From Escherichia phage vB_EcoM_WL-3, in sequence record MT968995.1: 64,000 bases of DNA; one strand, 5' to 3'. The notes below the pieces were generated by a model. It saw only the letters and a program-made list of their open reading frames with translations. It ran no database searches and had not been told where the DNA came from. The translations under genes and the position numbers were made by a program. Positions within the stretch are counted from its first letter, which is position 1. Each line of letters starts with the position of its first letter. Positions 46,719-57,733 of the stretch are shown here, one piece after another.

Positions 46719-47468
46719 ATGGCAAACATTATTCGTTGTAAATTACCAGATGGTGTTCATCGTTTTAAACCATTTACGGTAGAAGATTATCGAGATTTTT
46801 TGTTAGTTCGAAACGATATAGAACATCGGTCACCACAAGAACAAAAAGAAATAATTGCTGATTTAATTGCCGATTATTTTGGAGACTATCCGAAGACTTG
46901 GCAGCCATTTATATTTTTGCAGGTATTTGTAGGGTCAATAGGTAAAACTAAAGTACCGGTCACATTTGTATGTCCAAAATGTAAAAAAGAAAAGACAGTT
47001 CCATTTGAAATATATCAAAAAGAATTAAAGGAACCTGTTTTTGATGTAGCTAATGTTAAAATTAAATTAAAGTTTCCTTCTGAGTTTTATGAAAATAAAG
47101 CAAAGATGATTACTGAAAATATTCATTCTGTTCAAGTAGATGAAACATGGTATGATTGGAAGGAAATTAGTGAATCAAGTCAAATAGAACTTGTTGACGC
47201 CATCGAGATAGAAACATTAGAAAAAATTCTCGATGCAATGAATCCTATTAATTTAACGCTACACATGTCATGCTGTGATAAGTATGTAAAAAAATACACT
47301 GATATAGTAGATGTGTTTAAGCTATTAGTTAACCCAGATGAGATATTTACTTTTTATCAAATTAATCACACACTCGTAAAAAGTAATTATAGTTTAAATT
47401 CAATAATGAAAATGATTCCTGCCGAGCGCGGATTCGTATTAAAACTGATTGAGAAGGATAAACAATAA
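46719..47468 (+). CDS. 51: gp51 baseplate hub assembly catalyst
   Basis: 249 aa as in T4. Confidence 0.85.
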   Translation: MANIIRCKLPDGVHRFKPFTVEDYRDFLLVRNDIEHRSPQEQKEIIADLIADYFGDYPKTWQPFIFLQVFVGSIGKTKVPVTFVCPKCKKEKTVPFEIYQKELKEPVFDVANVKIKLKFPSEFYENKAKMITENIHSVQVDETWYDWKEISESSQIELVDAIEIETLEKILDAMNPINLTLHMSCCDKYVKKYTDIVDVFKLLVNPDEIFTFYQINHTLVKSNYSLNSIMKMIPAERGFVLKLIEKDKQ

Positions 47469-48643
47469 TGAGTATGTTGCAACGCCCAGGATATCCAAAT
47501 CTCAGCGTTAAATTGTTTGATAGCTACGACGCTTGGAGAAATAATAGATTTGTTGAATTAGCTGCTACTATTACCACATTAACTATGCGGGATTCTCTTT
47601 ATGGCCGAAATGAAGGAATGCTGCAGTTTTATGATTCTAAAAATATCCATACAAAAATGGATGGAAATGAAATAATTCAGATTTCTGTAGCTAATGCAAA
47701 CGATATTAATAATGTTAAAACAAGAATTTATGGATGTAAGCATTTTTCAGTGTCAGTAGATTCAAAAGGTGATAACATCATTGCTATTGAATTGGGAACT
47801 ATTCATTCTATAGAAAATCTTAAATTTGGCAGACCGTTTTTCCCTGATGCAGGTGAATCTATAAAAGAAATGCTTGGTGTCATTTATCAAGATCGCACAC
47901 TATTAACTCCAGCGATAAATGCTATAAATGCTTATGTTCCTGATATTCCATGGACTAGTACATTTGAAAACTATTTGTCATATGTCAGAGAAGTTGCTCT
48001 AGCTGTAGGAAGTGACAAATTTGTGTTTGTGTGGCAAGACATCATGGGAGTTAACATGATGGACTATGATATGATGATAAATCAAGAACCGTATCCAATG
48101 ATTGTCGGTGAGCCATCTTTAATAGGTCAATTCATCCAAGAATTAAAATATCCATTAGCATATGATTTCGTTTGGTTGACTAAATCGAATCCTCACAAAC
48201 GTGACCCAATGAAAAACGCTACTATCTATGCTCATTCATTTTTGGATTCTTCATTGCCAATGATTACTACAGGAAAAGGAGAAAACTCTATTGTAGTGTC
48301 AAGGTCAGGTGCTTATTCTGAAATGACTTATAGGAATGGATATGAAGAAGCTATTCGTCTTCAAACTATGGCGCAATACGATGGCTATGCTAAATGTTCT
48401 ACTGTCGGTAATTTTAACTTGACACCTGGCGTTAAAATTATTTTTAATGATAGTAAAAACCAATTTAAAACAGAATTTTACGTTGATGAAGTTATCCACG
48501 AATTATCCAATAATAATTCAGTAACTCATCTATATATGTTCACTAATGCAACGAAACTGGAAACAATAGACCCAGTTAAGGTTAAAAATGAATTTAAATC
48601 TGATACTACCACTGAAGAAAGTAGTTCTTCCAATAAGCAATAA
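47468..48643 (+). CDS. 27: gp27 baseplate hub protein
   Basis: 391 aa as in T4. Confidence 0.9.
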   Translation: MSMLQRPGYPNLSVKLFDSYDAWRNNRFVELAATITTLTMRDSLYGRNEGMLQFYDSKNIHTKMDGNEIIQISVANANDINNVKTRIYGCKHFSVSVDSKGDNIIAIELGTIHSIENLKFGRPFFPDAGESIKEMLGVIYQDRTLLTPAINAINAYVPDIPWTSTFENYLSYVREVALAVGSDKFVFVWQDIMGVNMMDYDMMINQEPYPMIVGEPSLIGQFIQELKYPLAYDFVWLTKSNPHKRDPMKNATIYAHSFLDSSLPMITTGKGENSIVVSRSGAYSEMTYRNGYEEAIRLQTMAQYDGYAKCSTVGNFNLTPGVKIIFNDSKNQFKTEFYVDEVIHELSNNNSVTHLYMFTNATKLETIDPVKVKNEFKSDTTTEESSSSNKQ

Positions 48644-49121
48644 AGAAGTTTCTATTCCTAAAATGGGTCTTAAACATTATAACATTTTAAAAGATGTTAA
48701 AGGTCCTGATGAAAATTTAAAACTTCTTATTGATTCTATTTGTCCAAATTTATCACCGGCAGAAGTTGATTTCGTTTCTATTCATTTATTGGAATTTAAT
48801 GGAAAGATTAAATCTCGTAAAGAAATAGATGGTTATACTTATGACATTAATGATGTTTATGTATGCCAAAGATTAGAATTTCAATACCAAGGAAATACAT
48901 TTTATTTTAGACCGCCTGGAAAATTTGAACAATTTTTAACTGTGAGCGATATGTTATCCAAATGCTTGCTTAAGGTCAATGATGAAGTTAAAGAAATTAA
49001 TTTTCTTGAGATGCCAGCATTCGTTTTAAAATGGGCAAATGATATTTTTACAACTTTAGCAATTCCTGGCCCTAATGGTCCAATAACCGGAATTGGCAAT
49101 ATTATTGGATTATTTGAATGA
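48588..49121 (+). CDS. 28: gp28 baseplate hub distal subunit
   Basis: 177 aa as in T4; ATG start overlapping 3' end of gene 27. Confidence 0.8.
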   Translation: MNLNLILPLKKVVLPISNKEVSIPKMGLKHYNILKDVKGPDENLKLLIDSICPNLSPAEVDFVSIHLLEFNGKIKSRKEIDGYTYDINDVYVCQRLEFQYQGNTFYFRPPGKFEQFLTVSDMLSKCLLKVNDEVKEINFLEMPAFVLKWANDIFTTLAIPGPNGPITGIGNIIGLFE

Positions 49122-50890
49122 AAAAGCCACAAGAAATGCAAACGATGCGTAGAAAAGTTATTTCAGATAATAAACCAACACAGGAAGCGGCTAAATCCGC
49201 TTCTAACACTTTATCTGGACTTAACGATATATCTACGAAATTGGATGATGCTCAAGCTGCTTCTGAATTAATTGCTCAAACTGTCGAAGAAAAATCGAAT
49301 GAAATAATTGGAGCAATTGACAGTGTAGAAAGCGCAGTGAGTGATACTACTGCTGGTTCTGAGTTAATTGCTGAAACTGTCGAAATTGGCAATAATATTA
49401 ATAAAGAAATCGGTGAATCACTCGGGAGCAAATTAGATAAATTAACAAGTTTACTAGAGCAAAAAATTCAGACAGCTGGAATTCAACAGACTGGAACTAG
49501 TTTAGCCACAGTTGAAAGCGCTATTCCTGTTAAAGTTGTTGAGGACGATACAGCTGAATCTGTGGGTCCTTTATTACCAGCTCCTGAAGCAGTTAATAAT
49601 GATCCTGATGCTGATTTTTTCCCTACCCCTCAGCCAGTTGAGCCCAAACAAGAATCGCCAGAAGAAAAACAGAAAAAAGACGCATTTAACTTAAAATTAT
49701 CTCAAGCTTTAGATAAATTAACAAAGACTGTTGATTTTGGATTTAAGAAATCCATTTCAATTACTGATAAAATATCAAGCATGTTATTTAAGTATACCGT
49801 CAGTGCTGCTATTGAAGCTGCTAAAATGACTGCAATGATATTGGCTGTTGTTGTTGGAATAGATCTGCTGATGGTTCACTTTAAATATTGGTCAGATAAA
49901 TTTTCGCAGGCTTGGGATTTGTTTAGTTCAAACTTTACTAAATTCTCTAGCGAAACCGGAACATGGGGTCCTTTATTACAGAGCATCTTTAGTTCTATTG
50001 ATGAAATTAAAAAATTCTGGGAAGAGGGAGATTGGGGCGGTTTGACGGTAGCTATTGTAGAAGGGCTTGGAAAGGTTCTTTATAATTTAGGAGAACTTAT
50101 TCAGCTTGGAATGGCTAAATTATCTGCTGCAATTCTTCGAGTCATTCCTGGCATGAAGGATACCGCTGATGAAGTAGAAGGAAGAGCGCTAGAAAATTTC
50201 CAAAATTCTACTGGAGCATCTCTCAATAAAGAAGACCAGGAAAAAGTTGCAAATTATCAAGATAAACGAATGAATGGAGACCTTGGTCCAATAGCAGAAG
50301 GACTAGACAAAATTGCGAACTGGAAAACTCGTGCATCTAACTGGATTCGTGGCGTTGATAATAAAGAAGCACTAACTACCGACGAAGAACGTGCAGCAGA
50401 AGAAGAAAAATTAAAGCAACTTTCACCTGAAGAAAGAAAAAATGCTTTAATGAAGGCTAATGAAGCGCGCGCGGCGATGATTCGCTTTGAAAAATATGCT
50501 GATTCGGCTGATATGAGTAAAGACTCAACAGTTAAATCAGTTGAAGCTGCCTATGAAGACCTTAAAAAACGGATGGATGACCCAGATTTAAATAATTCAC
50601 CGGCAGTTAAAAAAGAACTTGCTGCTAGATTTTCTAAAATTGATGCTACTTATCAAGAGCTTAAGAAAAATCAGCCTAACGCCAAGCCTGAAACTTCTGC
50701 TAAATCGCCAGAAGCAAAACAAGTCCAGGTTATTGAAAAGAACAAAGCACAGCAAGCTCCTGTTCAACAAGTATCTCCTTCGATCAATAATACTAATAAT
50801 GTTATTAAGAAAAATACTGTCGTTCATAATATGACACCTGTTACGAGCACGACTGCTCCTGGTGTATTTGATGCGACTGGAGTTAATTAA
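49118..50890 (+). CDS. 29: gp29 tail tape-measure / baseplate hub protein
   Basis: 590 aa as in T4; long helical Ala/Glu/Lys-rich. Confidence 0.9.
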   Translation: MKKPQEMQTMRRKVISDNKPTQEAAKSASNTLSGLNDISTKLDDAQAASELIAQTVEEKSNEIIGAIDSVESAVSDTTAGSELIAETVEIGNNINKEIGESLGSKLDKLTSLLEQKIQTAGIQQTGTSLATVESAIPVKVVEDDTAESVGPLLPAPEAVNNDPDADFFPTPQPVEPKQESPEEKQKKDAFNLKLSQALDKLTKTVDFGFKKSISITDKISSMLFKYTVSAAIEAAKMTAMILAVVVGIDLLMVHFKYWSDKFSQAWDLFSSNFTKFSSETGTWGPLLQSIFSSIDEIKKFWEEGDWGGLTVAIVEGLGKVLYNLGELIQLGMAKLSAAILRVIPGMKDTADEVEGRALENFQNSTGASLNKEDQEKVANYQDKRMNGDLGPIAEGLDKIANWKTRASNWIRGVDNKEALTTDEERAAEEEKLKQLSPEERKNALMKANEARAAMIRFEKYADSADMSKDSTVKSVEAAYEDLKKRMDDPDLNNSPAVKKELAARFSKIDATYQELKKNQPNAKPETSAKSPEAKQVQVIEKNKAQQAPVQQVSPSINNTNNVIKKNTVVHNMTPVTSTTAPGVFDATGVN

Positions 50891-50898
50891 GGAATAAT

Positions 50899-51993
50899 AT
50901 GGCAATTGTTAAAGAAATAACTGCTGATTTAATTAAAAAGTCCGGTGAGAAAATTTCAGCCGGACAGAGTACTAAATCAGAAGTAGCAACTAAAACATAC
51001 ACTGCCCAGTTTCCAACTGGGCGTGCTAGTGGTAATGACACTACAGGGGACTTCCAGGTAACAGATCTATATAAGAATGGATTATTATTTACTGCATACA
51101 ATATGTCATCTAGGGATTCTGGAAGTCTTAGATCGATGAGATCTAACTACTCTTCTTCATCTTCGAGTATTTTACGTACAGCCAGAAACACTATCAGTAA
51201 TACAGTATCAAAACTATCAAATGGATTAATATCAGATAATAATTCAGGAACAATAAGTAAAGCACCTGTTGCAAATATTCTTTTACCAAGATCTAAATCC
51301 GATGTTGATACATCATCACATAGATTTAATGATGTTCAAGAAAGTCTTATCAGCAGAGGTGGAGGTACTGCCACTGGTGTGCTAAGTAATATTGCTTCAA
51401 CTGCAGTATTTGGTGCGCTAGAAAGTATAACGCAAGGTATAATGGCTGATAATAATGAACAGATTTATACGACAGCCAGAAGTATGTATGGTGGTGCTGA
51501 AAATAGAACTAAAGTGTTTACATGGGATTTGACTCCACGTTCAACAGAAGATTTGATGGCTATTATTAATATCTATCAATATTTTAACTATTTTTCTTAT
51601 GGTGAAACGGGCAAATCTCAATATGCTGCTGAAATAAAGGGGTATTTAGATGATTGGTATCGTTCTACGTTAATTGAACCTTTATCTCCGGAAGACGCAG
51701 CTAAAAATAAAACACTATTTGAGAAAATGACATCGAGTTTAACTAACGTTCTAGTAGTTTCAAACCCGACAATTTGGATGGTGAAAAACTTTGGTGCAAC
51801 ATCTAAGTTTGATGGAAAAACGGAAATATTTGGCCCATGCCAAATACAAAGCATCAGATTTGATAAAACACCTAATGGTAACTTTAACGGATTAGCTATT
51901 GCTCCAAACCTCCCTAGTACATTTACTCTTGAGATTACTATGAGAGAAATTATCACGTTAAACCGTGCTTCTTTATATGCGGGGACTTTTTAA
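50899..51993 (+). CDS. 48: gp48 baseplate tail-tube junction protein
   Basis: 364 aa as in T4. Confidence 0.9.
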   Translation: MAIVKEITADLIKKSGEKISAGQSTKSEVATKTYTAQFPTGRASGNDTTGDFQVTDLYKNGLLFTAYNMSSRDSGSLRSMRSNYSSSSSSILRTARNTISNTVSKLSNGLISDNNSGTISKAPVANILLPRSKSDVDTSSHRFNDVQESLISRGGGTATGVLSNIASTAVFGALESITQGIMADNNEQIYTTARSMYGGAENRTKVFTWDLTPRSTEDLMAIINIYQYFNYFSYGETGKSQYAAEIKGYLDDWYRSTLIEPLSPEDAAKNKTLFEKMTSSLTNVLVVSNPTIWMVKNFGATSKFDGKTEIFGPCQIQSIRFDKTPNGNFNGLAIAPNLPSTFTLEITMREIITLNRASLYAGTF

Positions 51994-52958
51994 TGTATTC
52001 TTTAGAGGAATTTAATAATCAAGCAATAAACGCAGATTTCCAACGTAATAATATGTTTAGCTGCGTTTTTGCGACAACTCCATCAACTAAAAGCTCTTCG
52101 TTGATAAGTTCAATTAGCAACTTTTCTTATAATAACTTGGGCCTAAATTCAGATTGGTTAGGATTAACTCAAGGCGATATTAATCAGGGAATTACTACGC
52201 TAATTACTGCTGGCACACAAAAACTGATAAGAAAATCAGGGGTTAGTAAATATCTTATTGGTGCCATGAGTCAACGTACAGTTCAAAGTTTATTGGGCTC
52301 ATTTACAGTTGGTACATATTTAATTGACTTCTTTAACATGGCATATAACTCATCTGGATTGATGATATATTCTGTAAAAATGCCAGAGAATAGATTATCC
52401 TATGAAACTGACTGGAACTATAATTCTCCTAATATTCGTATAACTGGGAGAGAATTAGACCCTTTGGTTATTTCATTTAGAATGGATTCAGAAGCATGTA
52501 ATTATCGTGCAATGCAAGACTGGGTTAACGCTGTTCAAGACCCAGTAACTGGACTGCGCGCTTTGCCACAAGATGTCGAGGCAGATATTCAGGTTAATCT
52601 TCATGCTCGTAATGGATTACCTCATACTGCTGTGATGTTCACCGGATGCATTCCAGTGTCAGTGAGCGCTCCTGAGTTATCATATGATGGAGATAACCAA
52701 ATAACTACATTTGATGTTACTTTTGCGTATAGAGTTATGCAGGCTGGAGCAGTTGATAGACAAGCTGCGCTTGAGTGGCTTGAATCTGCTGCTATAAATG
52801 GCATTCAAAGCGTTCTCGGAAATAGTGGAGGTGTTACTGGACTATCTAATTCGCTTTCACGACTTAGTAGATTAGGAGGAACTGCAGGAAGCATTTCAAA
52901 CATTAATACTATGACGGGAATTGTCAACTCGCAAAGTAAAATATTAGGAGCAATATAA
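51993..52958 (+). CDS. 54: gp54 baseplate tail-tube initiator
   Basis: 321 aa (T4 about 320). Confidence 0.9.
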   Translation: MYSLEEFNNQAINADFQRNNMFSCVFATTPSTKSSSLISSISNFSYNNLGLNSDWLGLTQGDINQGITTLITAGTQKLIRKSGVSKYLIGAMSQRTVQSLLGSFTVGTYLIDFFNMAYNSSGLMIYSVKMPENRLSYETDWNYNSPNIRITGRELDPLVISFRMDSEACNYRAMQDWVNAVQDPVTGLRALPQDVEADIQVNLHARNGLPHTAVMFTGCIPVSVSAPELSYDGDNQITTFDVTFAYRVMQAGAVDRQAALEWLESAAINGIQSVLGNSGGVTGLSNSLSRLSRLGGTAGSISNINTMTGIVNSQSKILGAI

Positions 52959-52959
52959 C

Positions 52960-52990
52960 AATGGGGACCGAAAGGTCCCCATGTTTTTAT
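52960..52990 (+). terminator. rho-independent terminator after gene 54
   Basis: ggggacc-gaaa-ggtcccc followed by aTGTTTTTaTTT. Confidence 0.7.
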
Positions 52991-53277
52991 TTACGGAATG
53001 AAATAAAAGCAGCAACTGAAGCAACTAAACTGTCTTCAATATAAACTTCAATTTTTACCGGAGCTTCTGATTCAAATTTACCTGTTACTACACCCTGGAA
53101 AATGCTTTCAGTCTGTTCTGGCTTTGAAAAATTTTCAGAAGGAAAAATTCCGAACTTTTTATTTGTTCCAAAAATTTTGATAAATTCATCATAAACTGCT
53201 TCATTAAAAGCGTTATCAACAGGAATAACGCCTTCAACTACAAGTTCTTGACCTAAAAAGCGTAAAGAAGATTTCAT
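52987..53277 (-). CDS. hypothetical protein downstream of alt genes
   Basis: 96-aa ORF with ATG start. Confidence 0.5.
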   Translation of the reverse strand: MKSSLRFLGQELVVEGVIPVDNAFNEAVYDEFIKIFGTNKKFGIFPSENFSKPEQTESIFQGVVTGKFESEAPVKIEVYIEDSLVASVAAFISFRK

Positions 53278-53307
53278 TTTGTGTTCCTCATGTTATGTCA
53301 GTAAGAT

Positions 53308-53338
53308 TATTATAACACAATACGAGGGACTTGTAAAC
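53308..53338 (-). promoter_or_regulatory. sigma70-like (early-type) promoter for the 96-aa ORF
   Basis: Minus strand TTTACA, about 17-18 nt, TATAAT, about 30 nt upstream of ATG at 53277. Confidence 0.4.
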
Positions 53339-55395
53339 TACATCTTGAACTTTTTAGACATTCCGTTGATGTTAACCAAAGAAGCTAAGATTTGAGAAAC
53401 TTCGTTTTCCTCTTCTTTTGATTCTTCTACAAGGAATTGATTAAACCCAGCCATTGGACGAACTTCACCAGTTTCCATCAGATGATCGCCATCATATACC
53501 GATTCTTCTAATTGTTCAGAAGGAGGAACGATTGTACCTTCGATTAAATACTTGTTATAAGCAGTTTCTTTCATCATGTACGTGCTCACTTTATTAATCT
53601 TCAGCAAAATTCCACGTGGTAAAATAACTTCAGCTTCTGACGTAAATCCTGATAAATGACCCGGAACGATAACTTTGATTCGCTCAGCTCCTTTAATTAC
53701 CATACCCACGCTAGTTTCAGCATCTTCATTCGCATAAGCAGAATGACTGCCCATATGCATCAAATCTTCTGCGTCAATTGAACCTTCTCCTTCACCAGAA
53801 AATACTGCACTGGAATCATCTAGAGCCATATAGTTTTTACCATACTCACCGAAGATATTTGGTTTAAGCGATGTGGATACGAAGTTCTTAAAATAGAACA
53901 TTTTATTTTCAATATTATGACGTAAAGTTTTAAAGGTAACTTCTTGGCCACGGTAAAGCGTAGTTCCTGGAGGAAGAACTGATCCTTTGGCAAAAGCAGA
54001 ATCCATCGTCTCGATGTGTTTAATAGCTCGTTCCATATATTCTTCACGAGTAGAATCCGGTTTACCTAAAAGGAACGAGTTCATTTCAACATATGAATCT
54101 GCGCAATAATCTTCAATTACATCAGACTCAGCCCGAGTTAATCCTTTTGGGGGTACTTCAGTACTTGCATATTCATACGCTTGAGAAGCAGACTCATTAA
54201 TCAATTTATAAATGCCATTCATGACAAATTGAATAATAGCTACCTTTTCATCTGGCGTGGCTTTAGAACCTTTAACTAAATCATTGACAATTTTCTTAAT
54301 AACATCAAAGCTATTAGAAATATTAATGTCAGCAAGATCGCTTAAAATTTTATCAGTTTTATAATCAAAAAATTCTTTATTCTTTAAATATTCTTGAGAA
54401 CCTTGATGTGTTATATCGCTCTGCAGTCTGATAGACGGATCACGTAAACGTGCATGGGCCAATGCAATATGATTTCGGAAGCTTTTTAGTTCATAATCAC
54501 TAGATTTAAAACGAGAAGCACTCCTCATACCACCGATAGCTCCTTTGCCGAAGTTTGAACCAATCTGAATAACGCCAGAGTTCATTGGTCCTTCTGCTTT
54601 ATATACCGGAACTTTAGATTCAAACTCTTGATATTTCTTAGCAGCGAAACTATCGCCCTGAAGTGAAGCATCGACAGTAGAGTATTGAGCTTGTGCTGCT
54701 AATCGACGACTAATTTTAGTTTTCTGAATAACAGCTTGATCCGTGCGCTTATCATTTTCTAAAGCAATAGAAGCGGCAACAGCAACAGCTTTAGGAACAG
54801 CATTACCTGTTTTAACGTCTACATAAACATCACCAACCTTTGATTCAACTTTTGTGAATAACTCAGTTGAAATAGGAGGTACACCTGGAATGTCTTCTAA
54901 ATTGGCATTTTTACGGTAAACCATAATATATGCATACTTTTTATCGTAATCCCAGATTTCCTTTAAAAGAACATATCGACCTGCTCCTTTAGTACGTACT
55001 AAACGGTCAGCAATAACTTGAATTTGTCGAGCTGCGCCATTTGTTTTACTCTTTAGTACGCGGAACAGGCATGCGTCAATTTTATACTGTTTCATTGTTT
55101 GAAGAGCAGTATCAAAAACCGCATTAATAACACCAATTGGATTTCCACCCAAGTTTTTAAGTTTAACTAATGATAGTTTCTCATTGACACCTATCATTAC
55201 GATATGCATCATTTTATCGCCTGGCTTAACGTTTTTATTTGTATCACCGCCAGAGGTGTATGTGCAAAATCTAAATCCAGGAAGCACGCTTTCTTCACCG
55301 GCTTGAATAGCAAAAATTTGAGGTATTTTATGCTTAGGATTTAAGTTAACAACCGGCGCCGAAGCGCCGTCAAATAATTCTGTAATAAGTTCCAT
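53338..55395 (-). CDS. Alt-family mono-ADP-ribosyltransferase, paralog A
   Basis: 685 aa; C-terminal ART triad YRG / FVSTSL / SEAEVILPRG; N-terminus MELITELFD shared with adjacent paralog. Confidence 0.8.
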   Translation of the reverse strand: MELITELFDGASAPVVNLNPKHKIPQIFAIQAGEESVLPGFRFCTYTSGGDTNKNVKPGDKMMHIVMIGVNEKLSLVKLKNLGGNPIGVINAVFDTALQTMKQYKIDACLFRVLKSKTNGAARQIQVIADRLVRTKGAGRYVLLKEIWDYDKKYAYIMVYRKNANLEDIPGVPPISTELFTKVESKVGDVYVDVKTGNAVPKAVAVAASIALENDKRTDQAVIQKTKISRRLAAQAQYSTVDASLQGDSFAAKKYQEFESKVPVYKAEGPMNSGVIQIGSNFGKGAIGGMRSASRFKSSDYELKSFRNHIALAHARLRDPSIRLQSDITHQGSQEYLKNKEFFDYKTDKILSDLADINISNSFDVIKKIVNDLVKGSKATPDEKVAIIQFVMNGIYKLINESASQAYEYASTEVPPKGLTRAESDVIEDYCADSYVEMNSFLLGKPDSTREEYMERAIKHIETMDSAFAKGSVLPPGTTLYRGQEVTFKTLRHNIENKMFYFKNFVSTSLKPNIFGEYGKNYMALDDSSAVFSGEGEGSIDAEDLMHMGSHSAYANEDAETSVGMVIKGAERIKVIVPGHLSGFTSEAEVILPRGILLKINKVSTYMMKETAYNKYLIEGTIVPPSEQLEESVYDGDHLMETGEVRPMAGFNQFLVEESKEEENEVSQILASLVNINGMSKKFKM

Positions 55396-55398
55396 GAT

Positions 55399-57495
55399 TT
55401 ATCCTTGAACGAACTTGTAAGGCATGTTTGTAATATCTATGCAAGACGCAATAATTCCGAGAGATGATTCTGCTTTCTGTTTAACATTTGATGAAACAAA
55501 TGATGCAAAGTCAACTCTGTCTTCTATTTCAATATCACCTGTCATTGCAACTACTTCACCAGTTTCCATTAAATGGTCTCCATCATAAATTACTGATTCG
55601 GTGAGTTCTTCTGTAGTCATAACTTCAGATTGAATGAGTTTTGTATTATTAGATGTTGTTCCGTCATTATTAGAAGCATCAGTTATTTTATTAACTTTGA
55701 CCATCAATCCGCGCGGTAGAATAACTTCAGCTTCTGTTGCTATTCCGAGACTTCCTGGATATACAACATTAACTTTATGAGCTCCATCAATTGCCCATCC
55801 TATTTGAACTTTAACGTATTCAGGATTTTCTTTATACGCTCTTATTTCGTTTGGATTAATAGTTATTCCTTCTTCATTTTTATCAACTGTCAATTCATTA
55901 CGAGCTTCTGGTTCTAAAAGACCAATACCAGCATGTGTAATTCCAAAACGTCCAAAAATGATAGGAGTTAAAGAAGTAGATACAAAATTTCTGAAATAGA
56001 ACACTTTATTTTTAACTAGTGCTTCGTATATAGGAGCAGTCATACTTTGAGCACGATAAACTGTAATGCCTTCTGGTATACGGTCACCATTTTCAAAAGC
56101 TGAATCTAAGTTATTTATAGCAGATTCAATTTCTTTTTCACTCATTACATCATATCGTTCTGGATTGTAACGACCCAAAAGAAGATTATTGATGTCAGTA
56201 TATCCTGAACCACAATACTCTCTAATGCCGCGCTTTTGTGATGGAGTATATTTAGAACCATCACGGGCAATAGTAATATCAATCATTGGACCTGCACCAA
56301 TTCCAGAAAAACTATAAATCATTCGTTTGAGGAATTTAGTTTTTGCTGCGTTCCAGGAATTTTTAGTTATTTCTTCCCAGACTTCATCTGGCTGTCCTTT
56401 ACGGGTTTTATTATGTTTATCAAGCCAAGTATCTTTATATTCTTCAAAGAATTTATTAACAGCTGCTGCGTATTTCTCTAAACATTTTATTGAAGTAGTT
56501 GGTTCATTTTTAATCGCATTAAGAATTACATCTTTAATTTTTTCAGAAACTTCATTAACCTCACTTTTTGAAAAGAATTTATAGTCATAGTGAAGTTCAT
56601 CTGCGGTTCCTTCGGCAATGATTTTTGCTGCCTTAGTTTTAGAAGCTAATGAATTAATTCCAAGCTTCATTTCTTCTGCTTCGGGAATTAAAGGAGCTGT
56701 AGCAGGTTTATTGAAATTAGCTGCAGTAGATTCATACTTCTGGAATAATTCGCTTTCAAATCTAGAAGATTCTAATGATTGACTTTGCGCAATTGCTCTA
56801 CGGGAAATTTTAACTTTAACAATAACAGCTTGGTCAGAACGTTTATCATTTTCTTGTGCAATAGATGCTGCAATTGCCTCATTTTTAGTTACTTGAGCTC
56901 CAGTATCTTTATTGATATAAACATCGCCGACTTTCGATTCAACTTTAGTAAAGAGCTCGGTACTAATTTCCGGAACTCCTGGAATGTCTTCTAGTGATAC
57001 ATTTTTGCGATGTATAAGAATATATGCATACTTTTTATCGTAATCCCAGAGTTCCTTAAGAAGGACGTATCTGCCACCTGAACGACTACGAATAAGTCTA
57101 TCAGCAATAACTTGAATTTGTCGAGCTTGACCAGCAGTTTTAGACTTAAGAATACGGAGCATACAGGCATCAATTTTATACTGACGCATCGTCTGCATTG
57201 CAACAGTAAAAACTGAATTGATATAATTAATTGGGCTTGGACCGAGACCTTTTAATTTAGCAATTGAACCTTTAGCAGTTAATGTAAAAGGAACAATATG
57301 CATCATTTTATCGCCCATTTTTAAATCGCGATTAGTATCACCTCCAGATGTATAGGTACATAAACGAAAGCCTGGTTGTTCAATTGCGTCATCGACATGA
57401 ACTGAAAAAATTTGTGGTATTTTCTTCTTTGGATTTAAGTTTGTAATCGGAAGAGTAGTATCTTCGTCAAATAATTCTGTAATGAGTTCCATCAT
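55399..57495 (-). CDS. Alt-family mono-ADP-ribosyltransferase, paralog B
   Basis: 698 aa; C-terminal YRAQ / FVSTSLTP / TEAEVILPRG; N-terminal ~230 aa closely parallel paralog A. Confidence 0.8.
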   Translation of the reverse strand: MMELITELFDEDTTLPITNLNPKKKIPQIFSVHVDDAIEQPGFRLCTYTSGGDTNRDLKMGDKMMHIVPFTLTAKGSIAKLKGLGPSPINYINSVFTVAMQTMRQYKIDACMLRILKSKTAGQARQIQVIADRLIRSRSGGRYVLLKELWDYDKKYAYILIHRKNVSLEDIPGVPEISTELFTKVESKVGDVYINKDTGAQVTKNEAIAASIAQENDKRSDQAVIVKVKISRRAIAQSQSLESSRFESELFQKYESTAANFNKPATAPLIPEAEEMKLGINSLASKTKAAKIIAEGTADELHYDYKFFSKSEVNEVSEKIKDVILNAIKNEPTTSIKCLEKYAAAVNKFFEEYKDTWLDKHNKTRKGQPDEVWEEITKNSWNAAKTKFLKRMIYSFSGIGAGPMIDITIARDGSKYTPSQKRGIREYCGSGYTDINNLLLGRYNPERYDVMSEKEIESAINNLDSAFENGDRIPEGITVYRAQSMTAPIYEALVKNKVFYFRNFVSTSLTPIIFGRFGITHAGIGLLEPEARNELTVDKNEEGITINPNEIRAYKENPEYVKVQIGWAIDGAHKVNVVYPGSLGIATEAEVILPRGLMVKVNKITDASNNDGTTSNNTKLIQSEVMTTEELTESVIYDGDHLMETGEVVAMTGDIEIEDRVDFASFVSSNVKQKAESSLGIIASCIDITNMPYKFVQG

Positions 57496-57515
57496 ATCCT
57501 CTCTAGTGTTTATTC

Positions 57516-57523
57516 TATTTATA
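57516..57523 (-). promoter_or_regulatory. T4 late promoter TATAAATA for the alt tandem
   Basis: Minus-strand TATAAATA 20 nt upstream of paralog B ATG, followed by GAGAGG. Confidence 0.6.
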
Positions 57524-57530
57524 AAATTAA

Positions 57531-57544
57531 AGGCCCGAAGGCCT
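57531..57544 (-). terminator. UUCG-tetraloop hairpin between small ORF and alt promoter
   Basis: Minus strand aggcc-uucg-ggccu followed by UUUAAUUUU. Confidence 0.45.
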
Positions 57545-57733
57545 TTAATAATCTAATGGTAAGAGAGTACGGTATATTTCAAACTTTGGCCCTTTTTCAT
57601 AGGCATCAAATGTTTCTGTAAATTTATTATAAGCATATGCATCTACAAATTCGAGAACGATTTGTGATACAGAAGTAGAAACATCTCCACCTTCTTTTTG
57701 AGCCACGACAATTGTTTCTAAGTAAGCTTTCAT
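57545..57733 (-). CDS. hypothetical protein between gene 30 and alt
   Basis: 62-aa ORF; start overlaps gene 30 stop (ATGA). Confidence 0.5.
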   Translation of the reverse strand: MKAYLETIVVAQKEGGDVSTSVSQIVLEFVDAYAYNKFTETFDAYEKGPKFEIYRTLLPLDY

